A program made the translations under genes and the position numbers. From Chthoniobacteraceae bacterium (GTDB lineage: Bacteria; Verrucomicrobiota; Verrucomicrobiia; Chthoniobacterales; Chthoniobacteraceae): a stretch of 15,097 nt of DNA. Position 1 is the first letter of the stretch. Each line of letters begins with the position of its first letter. The notes under the pieces are model-generated. The model was not told the origin of the DNA. It was given only the letters and a program-made list of their open reading frames with translations, and made no database searches. This document shows positions 1-8,777 of the stretch, piece after piece. The stretch spans positions 1 to 15,097 of the forward strand of contig JANNWY010000130.1 of NCBI GenBank assembly GCA_031409335.1, in the 5' to 3' direction.

Positions 1-46
1 GTCTTTCACGTTCGGTTCGCGGGTTGGTTCCATTTTTTTGCTTCAT
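1..46 (-). CDS. Possible 5' end of a gene running off the left edge (MKQKNGTNPRTERER...)
   Basis: ATG at 46-44 on the minus strand, open to the edge, preceded by an AT-rich promoter-like stretch at about 60-100. Only 15 codons are visible. Confidence 0.3.
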   Translation of the reverse strand, partial: MKQKNGTNPRTERER

Positions 47-290
47 GGATTTGAGAAGCTAAACACATCTCCCAAAAAGTACATTTCTAGTAATTATAAA
101 CCGGCACCGCTGTTTTCATGCACCTCTTTTAATCACACCCAGCGGGGGCCAGCTTCCTGTCCGCAGTGAACACACCGACCGTCACACCCATCGACGCGAA
201 TTGGGAGCGAGTGATCGTGGATGATAACGTGACCATCGGCGACCACGCGATCCGCTTCGGACGGGTGCGGCTGCCTTCGCCGTGACTGCG

Positions 291-2336
291 TTAGTCGGTG
301 CGGGGATCTTCCGCTTCCAGCGCGGTGCGCAGGATGTCGATGAGTTTGTTCGAGAGGTACGGTTTGGGGAGGTAGTTGCGGCCTTCTTCGAGGCTGACGT
401 CGCTGGCGAAAAGTTCGGCGCTGTAGCCGCTCGTGAAGATGACTTTGAGGTCCGGCGCTTCGCCGAGCAGCCGCTTGGCGAGGTCGAGTCCGTTTTCGTC
501 GCCGAGCATCCGCATGTCGGTGAAGAGGAGGTCGATTTGTTCGCGGCGCTCGTTCCAGATTTCGAATGCAGCATCGGCATTTTCCGCCTCGAAGACGCGG
601 TAGTTTTGATTGGTCAGCACGCTTCTCACGAGGGAGCGCACGGCGGGATCGTCCTCGGCGACGAGGATCGTGTAGCCGCGCTCCGGCTTGGCAAAGGGCG
701 CGGGCGCGGCGAGGGCATCCTGCGCGCACGCGGGGAAGTGGATGAGGAATGACGATCCCTGGCCGGCTTTGCTTTCGACTTCGATCCAGCCCTGATGCTG
801 GTGGACGATGCCGTGGACGATCGCGAGGCCCATGCCAGTGGTGGTGCCGGTTTCTTTCGTGGAGAAAAACGGCTCGAAGATGCGCGCGCGCGTGGCTTCA
901 TCCATGCCCGATCCGTTGTCGCTCACGCGGAGGCGGACGCAATCGCCGGTGTGCGCGGCACTGGTGGAAATGACGATTTCGCCACCCTTCGGCATCGCGT
1001 CGCGGGCGTTGAGGACGAGATTCATGACGACCTGTTCGACGCTGGTCTGGTCGGCAAAAATCATCGGCAGCTCGTCCGGTAGCTCGCAGCGCAGCGCGAC
1101 ATTTTCGCTGAGCAGCCTGCGCAGCATCGCGGCGAGATCGAGGATGACGCCGTTGAGATCGAGAACCCGCGGGCGCATGATCTGGCGGCTGCTGAAGGCG
1201 AGAAGTTGGCGCGTGAGATTCGCGGCGCGTTCGGCGGCGTGCTCGATTTGGGAAAGCGATTCGGCCATTTCCGCGGGTACTTCGGGCATGCCGAGCTGGA
1301 GGCTCGCGTGGCCTTCGATGATGGTGAGCAGATTGTTAAAATCGTGCGCGATGCCAGCGGCGAGCTGGCCGATGGCTTCCATTTTTTGGGAATGCCGGAG
1401 CTGCGCTTCGAGGCGGAGGCGTTCGGAAACATCCTGCGCGAGCAGGAGGACGTGCGGTTCGCCGCCGAGCGTGATTCGCTCGAATGACACGAGCGCCTGG
1501 AGTGGTTCGCCGTCGTGCCGACCGATTTGCGTTTCGGCATTTCGGATGGATCGGCCCGCGCGAAGATCGGCGAGAATCGACGGCGGGAACTCGATGTGCA
1601 GCCGGACTTCGGATGGCGTGCGCCCGATCATTTCGTCGCGCGGGACGCAGACCATTTTGGCGAATGCCTCGTTCACATCGATGAACGTGGAGTCGTCGAG
1701 AGTTTGGATGGCGAGGCCGACGGGGCTGGCGTTGAAGGCTTTCGCGAAGCGCTCCTCCGAGCGCTGCAATTCCTCGTTTGCCGCGCGCAGATGCAAGGTG
1801 CGCTGGGCCACGCGCCGGTCAAGTTCCTCGACGTGCCGCTGCACTTCGCGCGCGGAATTCCACTTGCTCGTGAGCGCGTGAGCGAGGTGGAGCACCTCGA
1901 TGTTGTCGAAAGGTTTTTTGAGAATGATCAGCTTGTCATTGATGCCGAGCCGCGCGGCCATCTTCTCCCACGAGTAGTCGGAATACGCGGTGCAAAGCAC
2001 GACCTGGAGCGCAGGGTCGATATTCCACAGATGCTCGATCGTCTCGATGCCATCCCAGCCGGGCGGCATGCGCACATCGACGAACGCCATCGCGTAGGGC
2101 CGCTTCTCTTTCAGCCCGGCAGACACTTTTTCGAGCGCCTCACGTCCTTGCATCGCGGAGTCGATCTGAAACGCATCCGCATCGACCGTCATCACCGCGA
2201 CGCCGAGCAGGATCAGCTCCGCGCGTTCGACGGTTTCGTTGCGCCGCTGCGCGGCGTGGAGGATTTTCCGAAAATCCTCGTGGATCGCCGGGTTGTCATC
2301 GACCAGCAAGATGCGGCGGTTGACGGGCTCGTTCAT
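291..2336 (-). CDS. Hybrid sensor histidine kinase/response regulator (REC-PAS-HisKA-HATPase_c-REC)
   Basis: N-terminal receiver (ILLVDDN...FVDVRMPPG...KKPF), PAS (FIDVNEAF...EMIGR), H-box GQLAAGIAHDFNNLL, N-box QVVMNLVLNARDAM, G1 DNGSGM, F box IFEPFFSTK, G2 TGMGL, C-terminal receiver (ILVAEDD...FTDMRM...TSGY...PKPY). Confidence 0.95.
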   Translation of the reverse strand: MNEPVNRRILLVDDNPAIHEDFRKILHAAQRRNETVERAELILLGVAVMTVDADAFQIDSAMQGREALEKVSAGLKEKRPYAMAFVDVRMPPGWDGIETIEHLWNIDPALQVVLCTAYSDYSWEKMAARLGINDKLIILKKPFDNIEVLHLAHALTSKWNSAREVQRHVEELDRRVAQRTLHLRAANEELQRSEERFAKAFNASPVGLAIQTLDDSTFIDVNEAFAKMVCVPRDEMIGRTPSEVRLHIEFPPSILADLRAGRSIRNAETQIGRHDGEPLQALVSFERITLGGEPHVLLLAQDVSERLRLEAQLRHSQKMEAIGQLAAGIAHDFNNLLTIIEGHASLQLGMPEVPAEMAESLSQIEHAAERAANLTRQLLAFSSRQIMRPRVLDLNGVILDLAAMLRRLLSENVALRCELPDELPMIFADQTSVEQVVMNLVLNARDAMPKGGEIVISTSAAHTGDCVRLRVSDNGSGMDEATRARIFEPFFSTKETGTTTGMGLAIVHGIVHQHQGWIEVESKAGQGSSFLIHFPACAQDALAAPAPFAKPERGYTILVAEDDPAVRSLVRSVLTNQNYRVFEAENADAAFEIWNERREQIDLLFTDMRMLGDENGLDLAKRLLGEAPDLKVIFTSGYSAELFASDVSLEEGRNYLPKPYLSNKLIDILRTALEAEDPRTD

Positions 2337-3901
2337 GCGCTGGTCGATGTCGCGTCGGCAATCGGGAGTTCGACGATGAAGGTCGCGCCCTTTCCCAGGC
2401 CGTCGCTCTGCGCGGAGAGGCAGCCGGCCATCGCCTGCGCGGCCAGCGCCGCGCTGTGCAGACCAAAGCCGTGGCCGCGGGCGCGCGTGGTGAAGCCGTG
2501 CGAAAAAATGCGGGTGAGATTTTCCGCGGCGATGCCGCTGCCTGTGTCCGCAAAGGCGGCTTGCACGTAGCGTCCGTCCTGGCTGCGCAGCGAGATCGAA
2601 AGTCGGCGATCCGCCGCGTCGATCCCTTCGAGCGCGTCTTTTGCATTGCGGATCAGGTTCACAAAAATCTGGAGCGTCTGGTGGCGGTCCGCCATCGCGA
2701 GCGGCACATCGGTGAAGTTGCGGACGATGGTGATTTCACTCCCATCGAGGCTCGCGCGGGTCATGCGGAGCGCATCGTCGATCAGCGCCGCGAGGTCCGC
2801 GGGCTCGACCATACCCGCGATGCGGGCGTTGCTCTGCTGGGTCGCGACGATGTCCTTGATGTGGTCGATGTTTTTGCGCAGCGAGGCCAGTTCCGCCACC
2901 GCCTCATCCCGCTCGGCGGCGAATTGCGCGCTAACTTCCGCGAGGTAGGCCGGCAGCACTTTTCCCCGCGGATCCCTGGAAAGAAAATCCGCGAGCTTCC
3001 CGGCGTCCTGCTCCCGCAGAAGGTTCGCGGCCCGGACGAGATTCGCGGCGCGGTCTGGATCGAGCAATTCCGCGACGACCGTGGCGGACACATTCACGCT
3101 GTTGAGCACGTTGCCGACATTGTGCAGCACGCCGGTCGCGACCTCGGCCATGCCTGCCTGGCGCGATGCTTCCATCAGTTGCTCGTGAATGCGCTGAATC
3201 TCCCTTTCCGCGCGCACGCGCTCGGCGATCTCGTGTCGCAATTCCTGGTCGCGCGCCTGGATTTGCGCGAGCAGGCTATTGAAGGTGTCGGTGAAGGCGC
3301 CGACTTCATCCTCGCCGGTTTTCACGGCACGCAGCGAATAGTCGTCCTTCGCGGCAATCTCCCGCGCCGTCTCGCCGAGCGTCTTGATGGGATCGAAGAT
3401 CGAGCGGAAGAGCCGCGCCGAAACCGGGATCGCGACCAAAAACGCGATGCCCACGGCCACGACAAAAAGAACGGTGTGAAGGCCGAGCAACTTCACGACT
3501 TGCGATGTGAAGTCCGTGTGAACGCGAAGGACTCCGAACGTTTCGCCCGCGGAGACGATCGGCTGCTCGCTGACATCGAAAGCGACGAAAACGCCTGATT
3601 CCGCAAACACGGTTCCGTCGTTCAAAACAATCCGGGCGCTGATGGCGTGAGGCTGGTTTTCGAGCATTTGCAGGACGCTCCGTGCCTCATCGGGCTGGTT
3701 GCGAAGAATCGGATCGGCCAGCGAATCGGCGGCAATTTCCGTCGCGACATCCACAGCGCGCCAGAAGTCGCGATGAAAGAGTCCGTACTGGACTGCGAAC
3801 ATCGCCGCCGTGGCAGCGAAGAGCGCTGCCGCGCACGCGAGGAAGATGGTGATCCGCAGTTTGCCGGAAATAGGTGCCTGGCGCAGTCGCTCTGCATTCA
3901 T
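2333..3901 (-). CDS. Membrane sensor histidine kinase (TM-CHASE8-like periplasmic domain-TM-HAMP-HisKA-HATPase_c)
   Basis: Two hydrophobic segments, HAMP ([13 protein letters not shown]...[14 protein letters not shown]), H-box [20 protein letters not shown]-box [30 protein letters not shown]. Stop overlaps the next ATG (ATGA, 2333-2336). Confidence 0.93.
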   Translation of the reverse strand: MNAERLRQAPISGKLRITIFLACAAALFAATAAMFAVQYGLFHRDFWRAVDVATEIAADSLADPILRNQPDEARSVLQMLENQPHAISARIVLNDGTVFAESGVFVAFDVSEQPIVSAGETFGVLRVHTDFTSQVVKLLGLHTVLFVVAVGIAFLVAIPVSARLFRSIFDPIKTLGETAREIAAKDDYSLRAVKTGEDEVGAFTDTFNSLLAQIQARDQELRHEIAERVRAEREIQRIHEQLMEASRQAGMAEVATGVLHNVGNVLNSVNVSATVVAELLDPDRAANLVRAANLLREQDAGKLADFLSRDPRGKVLPAYLAEVSAQFAAERDEAVAELASLRKNIDHIKDIVATQQSNARIAGMVEPADLAALIDDALRMTRASLDGSEITIVRNFTDVPLAMADRHQTLQIFVNLIRNAKDALEGIDAADRRLSISLRSQDGRYVQAAFADTGSGIAAENLTRIFSHGFTTRARGHGFGLHSAALAAQAMAGCLSAQSDGLGKGATFIVELPIADATSTSA

Positions 3902-4205
3902 CAGGCGCGACTCTGGGATTTTTCCCGCGATGCTGCCAGCCGCGTTTGGCGGGGCAGGCGGGTTGGCTTCGACATGTCACGACATGTAAGTCAGTTCGAT
4001 GGGAATTGCGCGCGTTTCATATGTGGGCAGCGCCGCTGGTGTTTTGGCGGGCGGGCGGCGGACCGGCGTCCGCGGGATGAAAGCCCGCAGGCTGTGAAAA
4101 GCGGGTGGCGGCATCGGCATGCGGGCGCGCGGGCGTGGCGGGATTTCGGGCGTCGATGGGCAGGGCGTCAAATGCATGGCTTGCGTGGTGGACCGCAGTT
4201 TGCAT

Positions 4206-4222
4206 AGCAGGGGATATGCCTC
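4206..4222 (-). promoter_or_regulatory. Candidate sigma-54 (-24/-12) promoter facing the kinase operon
   Basis: Minus strand reads GAGGCATATCCCCTGCT, giving the exact GG-N10-GC spacing and a partial match to TGGCAC-N5-TTGC. Confidence 0.35.
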
Positions 4223-4321
4223 GTGGCTGTGCGATGACGCGGGATGGCAGCGGCGCGGTTCGGCGGGCGTTCGCGTTTGTTTGAGTTGGGTGTGATTGAG
4301 TGGGTCCGGGGCGGTGGTCCG

Positions 4322-4382
4322 ATCCTGATCCCTCCGCTCAAGGATCAGGATTAAGATCAAGATCAGGAGCAGGAGCAGGAAG
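4322..4382. repeat. Hairpin plus degenerate hexamer tandem repeat
   Basis: ATCCTGATCC (4322-4331) pairs with GGATCAGGAT (4342-4351). From 4341 the units are aggatc aggatt aagatc aagatc aggagc aggagc aggaag. Confidence 0.8.
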
Positions 4383-4488
4383 AGTTTTCGGCCTGGCCCC
4401 TCTTTCGATCACGATCGTTTTGGTTCGGAAGCGCGGACCGCGATCGTGGGGATTGAACTGCGCCGGGGAGTCCCTAGACTTTTCCGCG

Positions 4489-5361
4489 ATGAAAAAAATC
4501 CACGGATCGTTCGCTGCCTTCGGTGTTGTCGTTCTGCTTTGCGCGGGCTGCGGGAAAAAGGAGGATCCGGTGAAAGTCATCGAGGAAGCCGAAGCGGCGC
4601 TGCCGGTGGCCGAGCAGATGCCGCCGGAGGATCGCACGGTGCGGCGGGGGTCGCCGGTGGAGAATGCGGCGCAAATCGCGGGCGACCGCGCGGCTGCGGC
4701 GGAGGCTGCGGCGGCGATCGCGGTCGCGCCGATGCCACCCGAGGAAGGCTATGAAGCTTGGTTTAAGAAACACAATTTGAACCTCGGTGATCCGGCGATG
4801 CTCGACGCGGATACGGATGGAGATGGCGTGAGCAATCGCGATGAATTCATGGCCGATACCGACCCGCGCAATGCCGAGTCGCGGCCCGGCATTCACTCGC
4901 AAATCCGACTGAAGCAATACACGGAAGTGCGTCTGCCAGTGGTGCTGGAGGAGGTGAGCGGAGAGACGGCACGCGTCCGGCGGCTCGATGGCGAGGAGCG
5001 CACTGAGACGGTCCGCGCCGGGCAGACGGTGAAGGGGCTGCATTGGAAAGTGGAGCGGATGCAGAACAAGCAGGACGTGGATAAGAACGGCGATCCGGTC
5101 GATCTCTCGAGCCTGACGCTGATCGACACGGACACGAACGAGCGGACGACGCTAAAGAAAAATCTACCGACGCGCACGGGCGATTCCTTTGCGGAACTCG
5201 CTTCAGCAGATGGTGCGAAGACCGTGAAGGTGAAGGAAGGCGAGACCTTCCACTGGCCGGACGAGAGTGGCTCCGCATTCAAGGTGATCGACCTGCGACC
5301 GGATCAGATCGTGGTGCAGGATGTGGCGACGCGGAAGATGTGGACGATCCCGAAACAGTGA
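4489..5361 (+). CDS. Lipoprotein with DxDGDG Ca-binding-type motif, resembling the Amuc_1099 family of pilus-like system proteins
   Basis: Start reassigned to ATG 4489 (MKKIHGS...VVVLLCAG-C lipobox). Ala/Pro-rich linker, then WFKKHNL...LDADTDGDGVSNRDEFMADTDPRNAESRP and a beta-rich C-terminal region. The family call is from pattern recognition, not a search. Confidence 0.7.
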   Translation: MKKIHGSFAAFGVVVLLCAGCGKKEDPVKVIEEAEAALPVAEQMPPEDRTVRRGSPVENAAQIAGDRAAAAEAAAAIAVAPMPPEEGYEAWFKKHNLNLGDPAMLDADTDGDGVSNRDEFMADTDPRNAESRPGIHSQIRLKQYTEVRLPVVLEEVSGETARVRRLDGEERTETVRAGQTVKGLHWKVERMQNKQDVDKNGDPVDLSSLTLIDTDTNERTTLKKNLPTRTGDSFAELASADGAKTVKVKEGETFHWPDESGSAFKVIDLRPDQIVVQDVATRKMWTIPKQ

Positions 5362-5392
5362 AAGTCGGAGCGCGCCAACCGCGACGCGGGTT

Positions 5393-6280
5393 TCAATCCG
5401 TGTGCTTCGGAGCGCGAATGGTCGCGGATTCCAGATCATCCGCCCGGCGTTGCACGATCTTGTTTGCGACTTCGGAAACCATCTCCTCGATCAGCAGGCG
5501 CAGGTGCGAGCCGCGGCGGTAGTCGGCGGGCGCGATGTGACGGACGCGGTCGGCGTGGGTGCTGAGCTGGTAGCACTTTTTGAATGAATTGCGCGCGGGG
5601 TCGTTCGGATTATAGACGGCGATGGCGTGGCCGCCGTGCTGGCGGACGACGGTGAAACAGGGGACATCGGTGGGACCGTCGCCAACGTAAATCATGTGCT
5701 CGAATGGCACGGGGCGCAGCTCGGCGGGCATGTGGTCGTTCACATCCTGCGAGTGGTCGAGTAGACCTTTGTTGATGCGAAAAAGGTACTGCGTCTTCTG
5801 GGTGTGGCTGATGACGCGGCGCGGGAAAGTAATGCGTCCGTCGGCGTCCTCGGCGAATTCGCAGCCGAAGATGGCCTTCACATACGGCGCGATGCGCGAG
5901 CCGTCGATAAGCGCCTTCAGTCCGCTGCTGATGATGTAGTGCTCGACCCGGATGCCATGCGCTTCATGGACTGGCGAAAGGAGCCCGGCTTTGAATTCAT
6001 CAAACATCTCCGGCAGCCCGGCAAAAAACTGGAGGCCCGCGCCGAGTTCTTTCAACCGCGCATTGGTCGGCCGGTCGATGTCGAGGTAGTCGAGCAGCGC
6101 CTTCATGTAGGCGAGTTCGCTGTCGAAGCCTTGCTGGCCGACTAACTCATGGCAGCGGCCCCAGAATTTTTTCGCGTCAATGCCAAAGGTCGGAAACAGC
6201 ACCTCGTCCTGCATGTAGTTTGGCGAGAGAGTCTGGTCGTAGTCATAGACGATGGCGACGGTGTTTTGTGGTGAGGACAT
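5393..6280 (-). CDS. HAD-superfamily hydrolase (haloacid dehalogenase-like)
   Basis: Motif I YDYDQTL, motif II IISSG, Lys in TQKTQ, motif IV YVGDGPTDVP. Confidence 0.9.
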   Translation of the reverse strand: MSSPQNTVAIVYDYDQTLSPNYMQDEVLFPTFGIDAKKFWGRCHELVGQQGFDSELAYMKALLDYLDIDRPTNARLKELGAGLQFFAGLPEMFDEFKAGLLSPVHEAHGIRVEHYIISSGLKALIDGSRIAPYVKAIFGCEFAEDADGRITFPRRVISHTQKTQYLFRINKGLLDHSQDVNDHMPAELRPVPFEHMIYVGDGPTDVPCFTVVRQHGGHAIAVYNPNDPARNSFKKCYQLSTHADRVRHIAPADYRRGSHLRLLIEEMVSEVANKIVQRRADDLESATIRAPKHTD

Positions 6281-6316
6281 TGGGGAAGTTGAGTGTTTAG
6301 GGTTGAGAGCCGTCAG

Positions 6317-6955
6317 TCAGGCTTTTCGCGCTGCTTCCAGAAAGGAAGCCATCTTCGCGGCGTCTTTTTTTCGCGGGGTGGATTCGACACCGCTCGCGAC
6401 ATCGACCGCAAACGGACGCGCGACTCGCGCGGCCTCGGCCACGTTTTCGGGGGAAAGCCCGCCTGCGAGGATGATGCGGAGCCGCGGATGGCGCGCGACG
6501 ATTTCACGCGCGAGCGGCAGGCCGATGGCAGCGCCGGTGCCGCCGTATTCACCCTCGACGTGCGCGTCGATGAGTACGTTTTCGGTGGAGAAAGCCGGCG
6601 CGTGTGAAATGTCGGACGCATCGCGGATTCGCAGTGCCTTGATGAACGGGCGACCGAGCGCGGCGAACTGCCGACAGTAGTCCGTGTCTTCATCGCCGTG
6701 GAGCTGCACGAGGTCGATCGCGGGGTGAAGCGCGACCCGGCGGGCTTCGTCGAAAGGCGCATTCACGAGCACGGCGACTTTTGCGACAAAGGGCGGAAGC
6801 GCGGCGATCCACGCGGCGTTTTCATCGAGCACGATGTGGCGCTTCGAGCCTGGAAAAAGATTGAAGCCGAGCGCGTCCGCTCCGAGCGCGATCGCCGTCT
6901 CAGCGTCTTCGCGGTTGGTGAAGCCGCAGATTTTCACCCGCACGCGACCGCTCAT
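6317..6955 (-). CDS. trpF: N-(5'-phosphoribosyl)anthranilate isomerase
   Basis: Start at ATG 6955: VKICGFT...GADALGFN, VQLHGDE, LIDA...YGGTG, ILAGGLSPENV, VDVASGVE...KKD. The ATG overlaps the upstream stop. Confidence 0.95.
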   Translation of the reverse strand: MSGRVRVKICGFTNREDAETAIALGADALGFNLFPGSKRHIVLDENAAWIAALPPFVAKVAVLVNAPFDEARRVALHPAIDLVQLHGDEDTDYCRQFAALGRPFIKALRIRDASDISHAPAFSTENVLIDAHVEGEYGGTGAAIGLPLAREIVARHPRLRIILAGGLSPENVAEAARVARPFAVDVASGVESTPRKKDAAKMASFLEAARKA

Positions 6956-7386
6956 CCGCGCGAGTCCGAATCGACGACGCGACCTTCCACGCGCTTCATC
7001 CCGCCCTGCGATTCGGAGTGGTGCGTGACGACGCGATACTGGCCGTCGCTGTCTTTCACGAACGCGCTGAGCGCCCAATTCACGATGCTGATGATGAGCG
7101 CGCCGAAGAACGCCGTGGTGAAGTCGTCGATGTGAAATCCGGAGACGATTTTCCCGACGACCCAGAGCATGAATGCATTCACGATGAGGATGAAAAAGCC
7201 GAGCGTGACGAGGATGAACGGCAGGCTCAGCAGCAGCATGATCGGACGGATGACGGCGTTGATGACGCCGAGCAGAAGCGCCGCGAAGACGAGCGGGAAC
7301 CAGCCATCGGTCGTCATGTCTGTCAGTTGCACGGCAATCGCGACGGCGATCGTCGTGACAAGCCAGCGCGCAAGGAAGGATTTCAT
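6952..7386 (-). CDS. Four-TM membrane protein, phage holin superfamily IV / YvlD-like
   Basis: Start at ATG 7386 (MKSFLARWLV). Signature LLGVINAVIRPIMLLLSLPFILVTLGFFILIVNAFML...FTTAFFGALIISIVNW. Confidence 0.88.
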   Translation of the reverse strand: MKSFLARWLVTTIAVAIAVQLTDMTTDGWFPLVFAALLLGVINAVIRPIMLLLSLPFILVTLGFFILIVNAFMLWVVGKIVSGFHIDDFTTAFFGALIISIVNWALSAFVKDSDGQYRVVTHHSESQGGMKRVEGRVVDSDSRG

Positions 7387-7473
7387 GCGGCGAGCATACT
7401 CGCGCGGGCGCGGTTTCCAAGCGAGTGCGAATTGAGGATTGCGGCGGCGAATGAGGCTCCGGCAGAGTTGGCG

Positions 7474-8649
7474 ATGCTTTCGACTGACATCGACGTGATC
7501 ATCATCGGTGCCGGTGCGGCGGGGCTGATGTGCGCGATCGAAGCGGGGCGGCGGGGGCGGCGGACGATTTTGATCGAGCATCAGGATCGCGTGGGAAAAA
7601 AGATCGCGATCTCGGGTGGCGGGCGCTGCAATTTCACAAACATCGACGCGTCCCCGGCGAACTATCTTTCAGCGCAGCCGGACTTCTGCAAATCGGCGCT
7701 TGCGCGTTACACGCCGTGGGATTTTATCGCGCTCGTCGAGTCGCACGGGCTGGCGTTTCACGAGAAGAAACTGGGTCAGCAGTTCTGCGATGGTAGCGCG
7801 CGCGGGATCATCGACCTGCTGCTGGCGGAGTGCGCCGCGACGCATGTCGATGTGCGCACGGGATGTCGCGTGGAAGAGGTGCGGAAGTCGGACCGCTACG
7901 AGGTGACGACGAGCGATGGCGTCTTCCGCGCGGAGTCGCTGGTGATCGCGACGGGTGGGCTGTCGTTTCCCAAACTGGGCGCGAGCGATTTCGGGTATCG
8001 GCTGGCGCGGCAGTTCGGGCTGCGCATCACGGAGCTGCGACCAGGGCTGGTGCCGCTGGCATTCGGGGCGGGGGAAAGCGAGGAGTTGCGGGCATTGAGC
8101 GGGCTGTCCGTGCCAGTGATCGCGCGACACGGCGGCGCGGAGTTTGCGGAGAATTTGCTGTTCACGCATCGCGGCGTGAGCGGGCCGGCCGTCTTGCAGA
8201 TTTCTTCGTTCTGGCGCGAGGGCGAGACGCTGCATTTCGATCTGCTGCCGGGAACGCGCGCGCAGGAATTCGTGAGCGCGGCGCGATCGGATCGCACGGA
8301 CTTGCCGACGCTGTTGAGCCGTCACTGGCCGCGACGTTTTGCCGAGGCTTGGTGCGCGCGGCATTGCCCGACGAAGCCAGTGTCGCAATGGAACGCGGCG
8401 GAGATGGCGAAAGCCACCGAGTATCTGGAAAGCTGGCCAACGAGTTTCCCGGCCACCGAAGGTTATGCCAAGGCGGAGGTTACGCTGGGCGGAGTGGATA
8501 CGCGCGACCTATCCTCGAAGACGATGGAGGCTCGCGGAGTTCCCGGGCTTTTCTGCATCGGTGAAGTCGTGGATGTGACGGGCTGGCTGGGTGGCTACAA
8601 TTTCCAATGGGCCTGGGCTTCGGGCCACGCGGCGGGGCAGTTTGTATAG
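7474..8649 (+). CDS. HI0933/YhiN/BaiN-like NAD(P)/FAD-dependent oxidoreductase
   Basis: Start at ATG 7474. IIIGAGAAGLM, GKKIAISGGGRCNFTN, VIATGGLSFPKLG, LLFTHRGVSGPAVL, AEVTLGGV, GEVVDVTGWLGGYNFQWAWASG. Confidence 0.94.
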   Translation: MLSTDIDVIIIGAGAAGLMCAIEAGRRGRRTILIEHQDRVGKKIAISGGGRCNFTNIDASPANYLSAQPDFCKSALARYTPWDFIALVESHGLAFHEKKLGQQFCDGSARGIIDLLLAECAATHVDVRTGCRVEEVRKSDRYEVTTSDGVFRAESLVIATGGLSFPKLGASDFGYRLARQFGLRITELRPGLVPLAFGAGESEELRALSGLSVPVIARHGGAEFAENLLFTHRGVSGPAVLQISSFWREGETLHFDLLPGTRAQEFVSAARSDRTDLPTLLSRHWPRRFAEAWCARHCPTKPVSQWNAAEMAKATEYLESWPTSFPATEGYAKAEVTLGGVDTRDLSSKTMEARGVPGLFCIGEVVDVTGWLGGYNFQWAWASGHAAGQFV

Positions 8650-8689
8650 GTGCCTTGACTAGCCCGTGTTTGTAAACTGCCCCTCCGCA

Positions 8690-8777
8690 AGCCTGAAAGG
8701 CTGGGATAACACTGCTCAGGGCCTTAAAGACATCCGCGCTCTTGCGGAAATCCGCCGGGGTTTTGCGCTTCAGAGCT
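8690..8777. repeat. REP-like palindromic element with GAA-loop hairpin
   Basis: Perfect AGCCT-GAA-AGGCT hairpin (8690-8702), a central TCCGC-gctctt-GCGGA stem, and a degenerate inverted copy GCGCTTCAGAGCT (8765-8777). Confidence 0.4.

Noticed and set aside
133..3598. Many long alternative-frame and antisense ORFs overlapping the two kinases (e.g. 808-1881, 1515-2570, 2456-3598)
   Set aside because: Shadow ORFs expected in high-GC coding DNA; no recognisable motifs.
4322..4382. CRISPR array or RNA gene
   Set aside because: No repeat-spacer structure here. I recognised no tRNA, rRNA or CRISPR pattern anywhere in the window.
4300..4488. N-terminal extension of the 4300-5361 ORF, and ORF 3977-4360
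   Set aside because: They translate the hexamer repeat. The lipoprotein signal peptide points to ATG 4489.
6952..7386. Prophage suggested by the holin-family gene
   Set aside because: No endolysin, integrase or structural genes. This family is common in chromosomal non-phage contexts.
7018..7473. Extended N-terminus of the flavoprotein ORF
   Set aside because: Antisense to the holin-like gene. The GxGxxG motif follows ATG 7474, as expected for the family.
6317..7581. Apparent 367-aa TrpF fusion and 209-aa holin
   Set aside because: The extensions are off-frame read-through of neighbouring genes. Starts at 6955 and 7386 give normal family lengths and an ATGA overlap.
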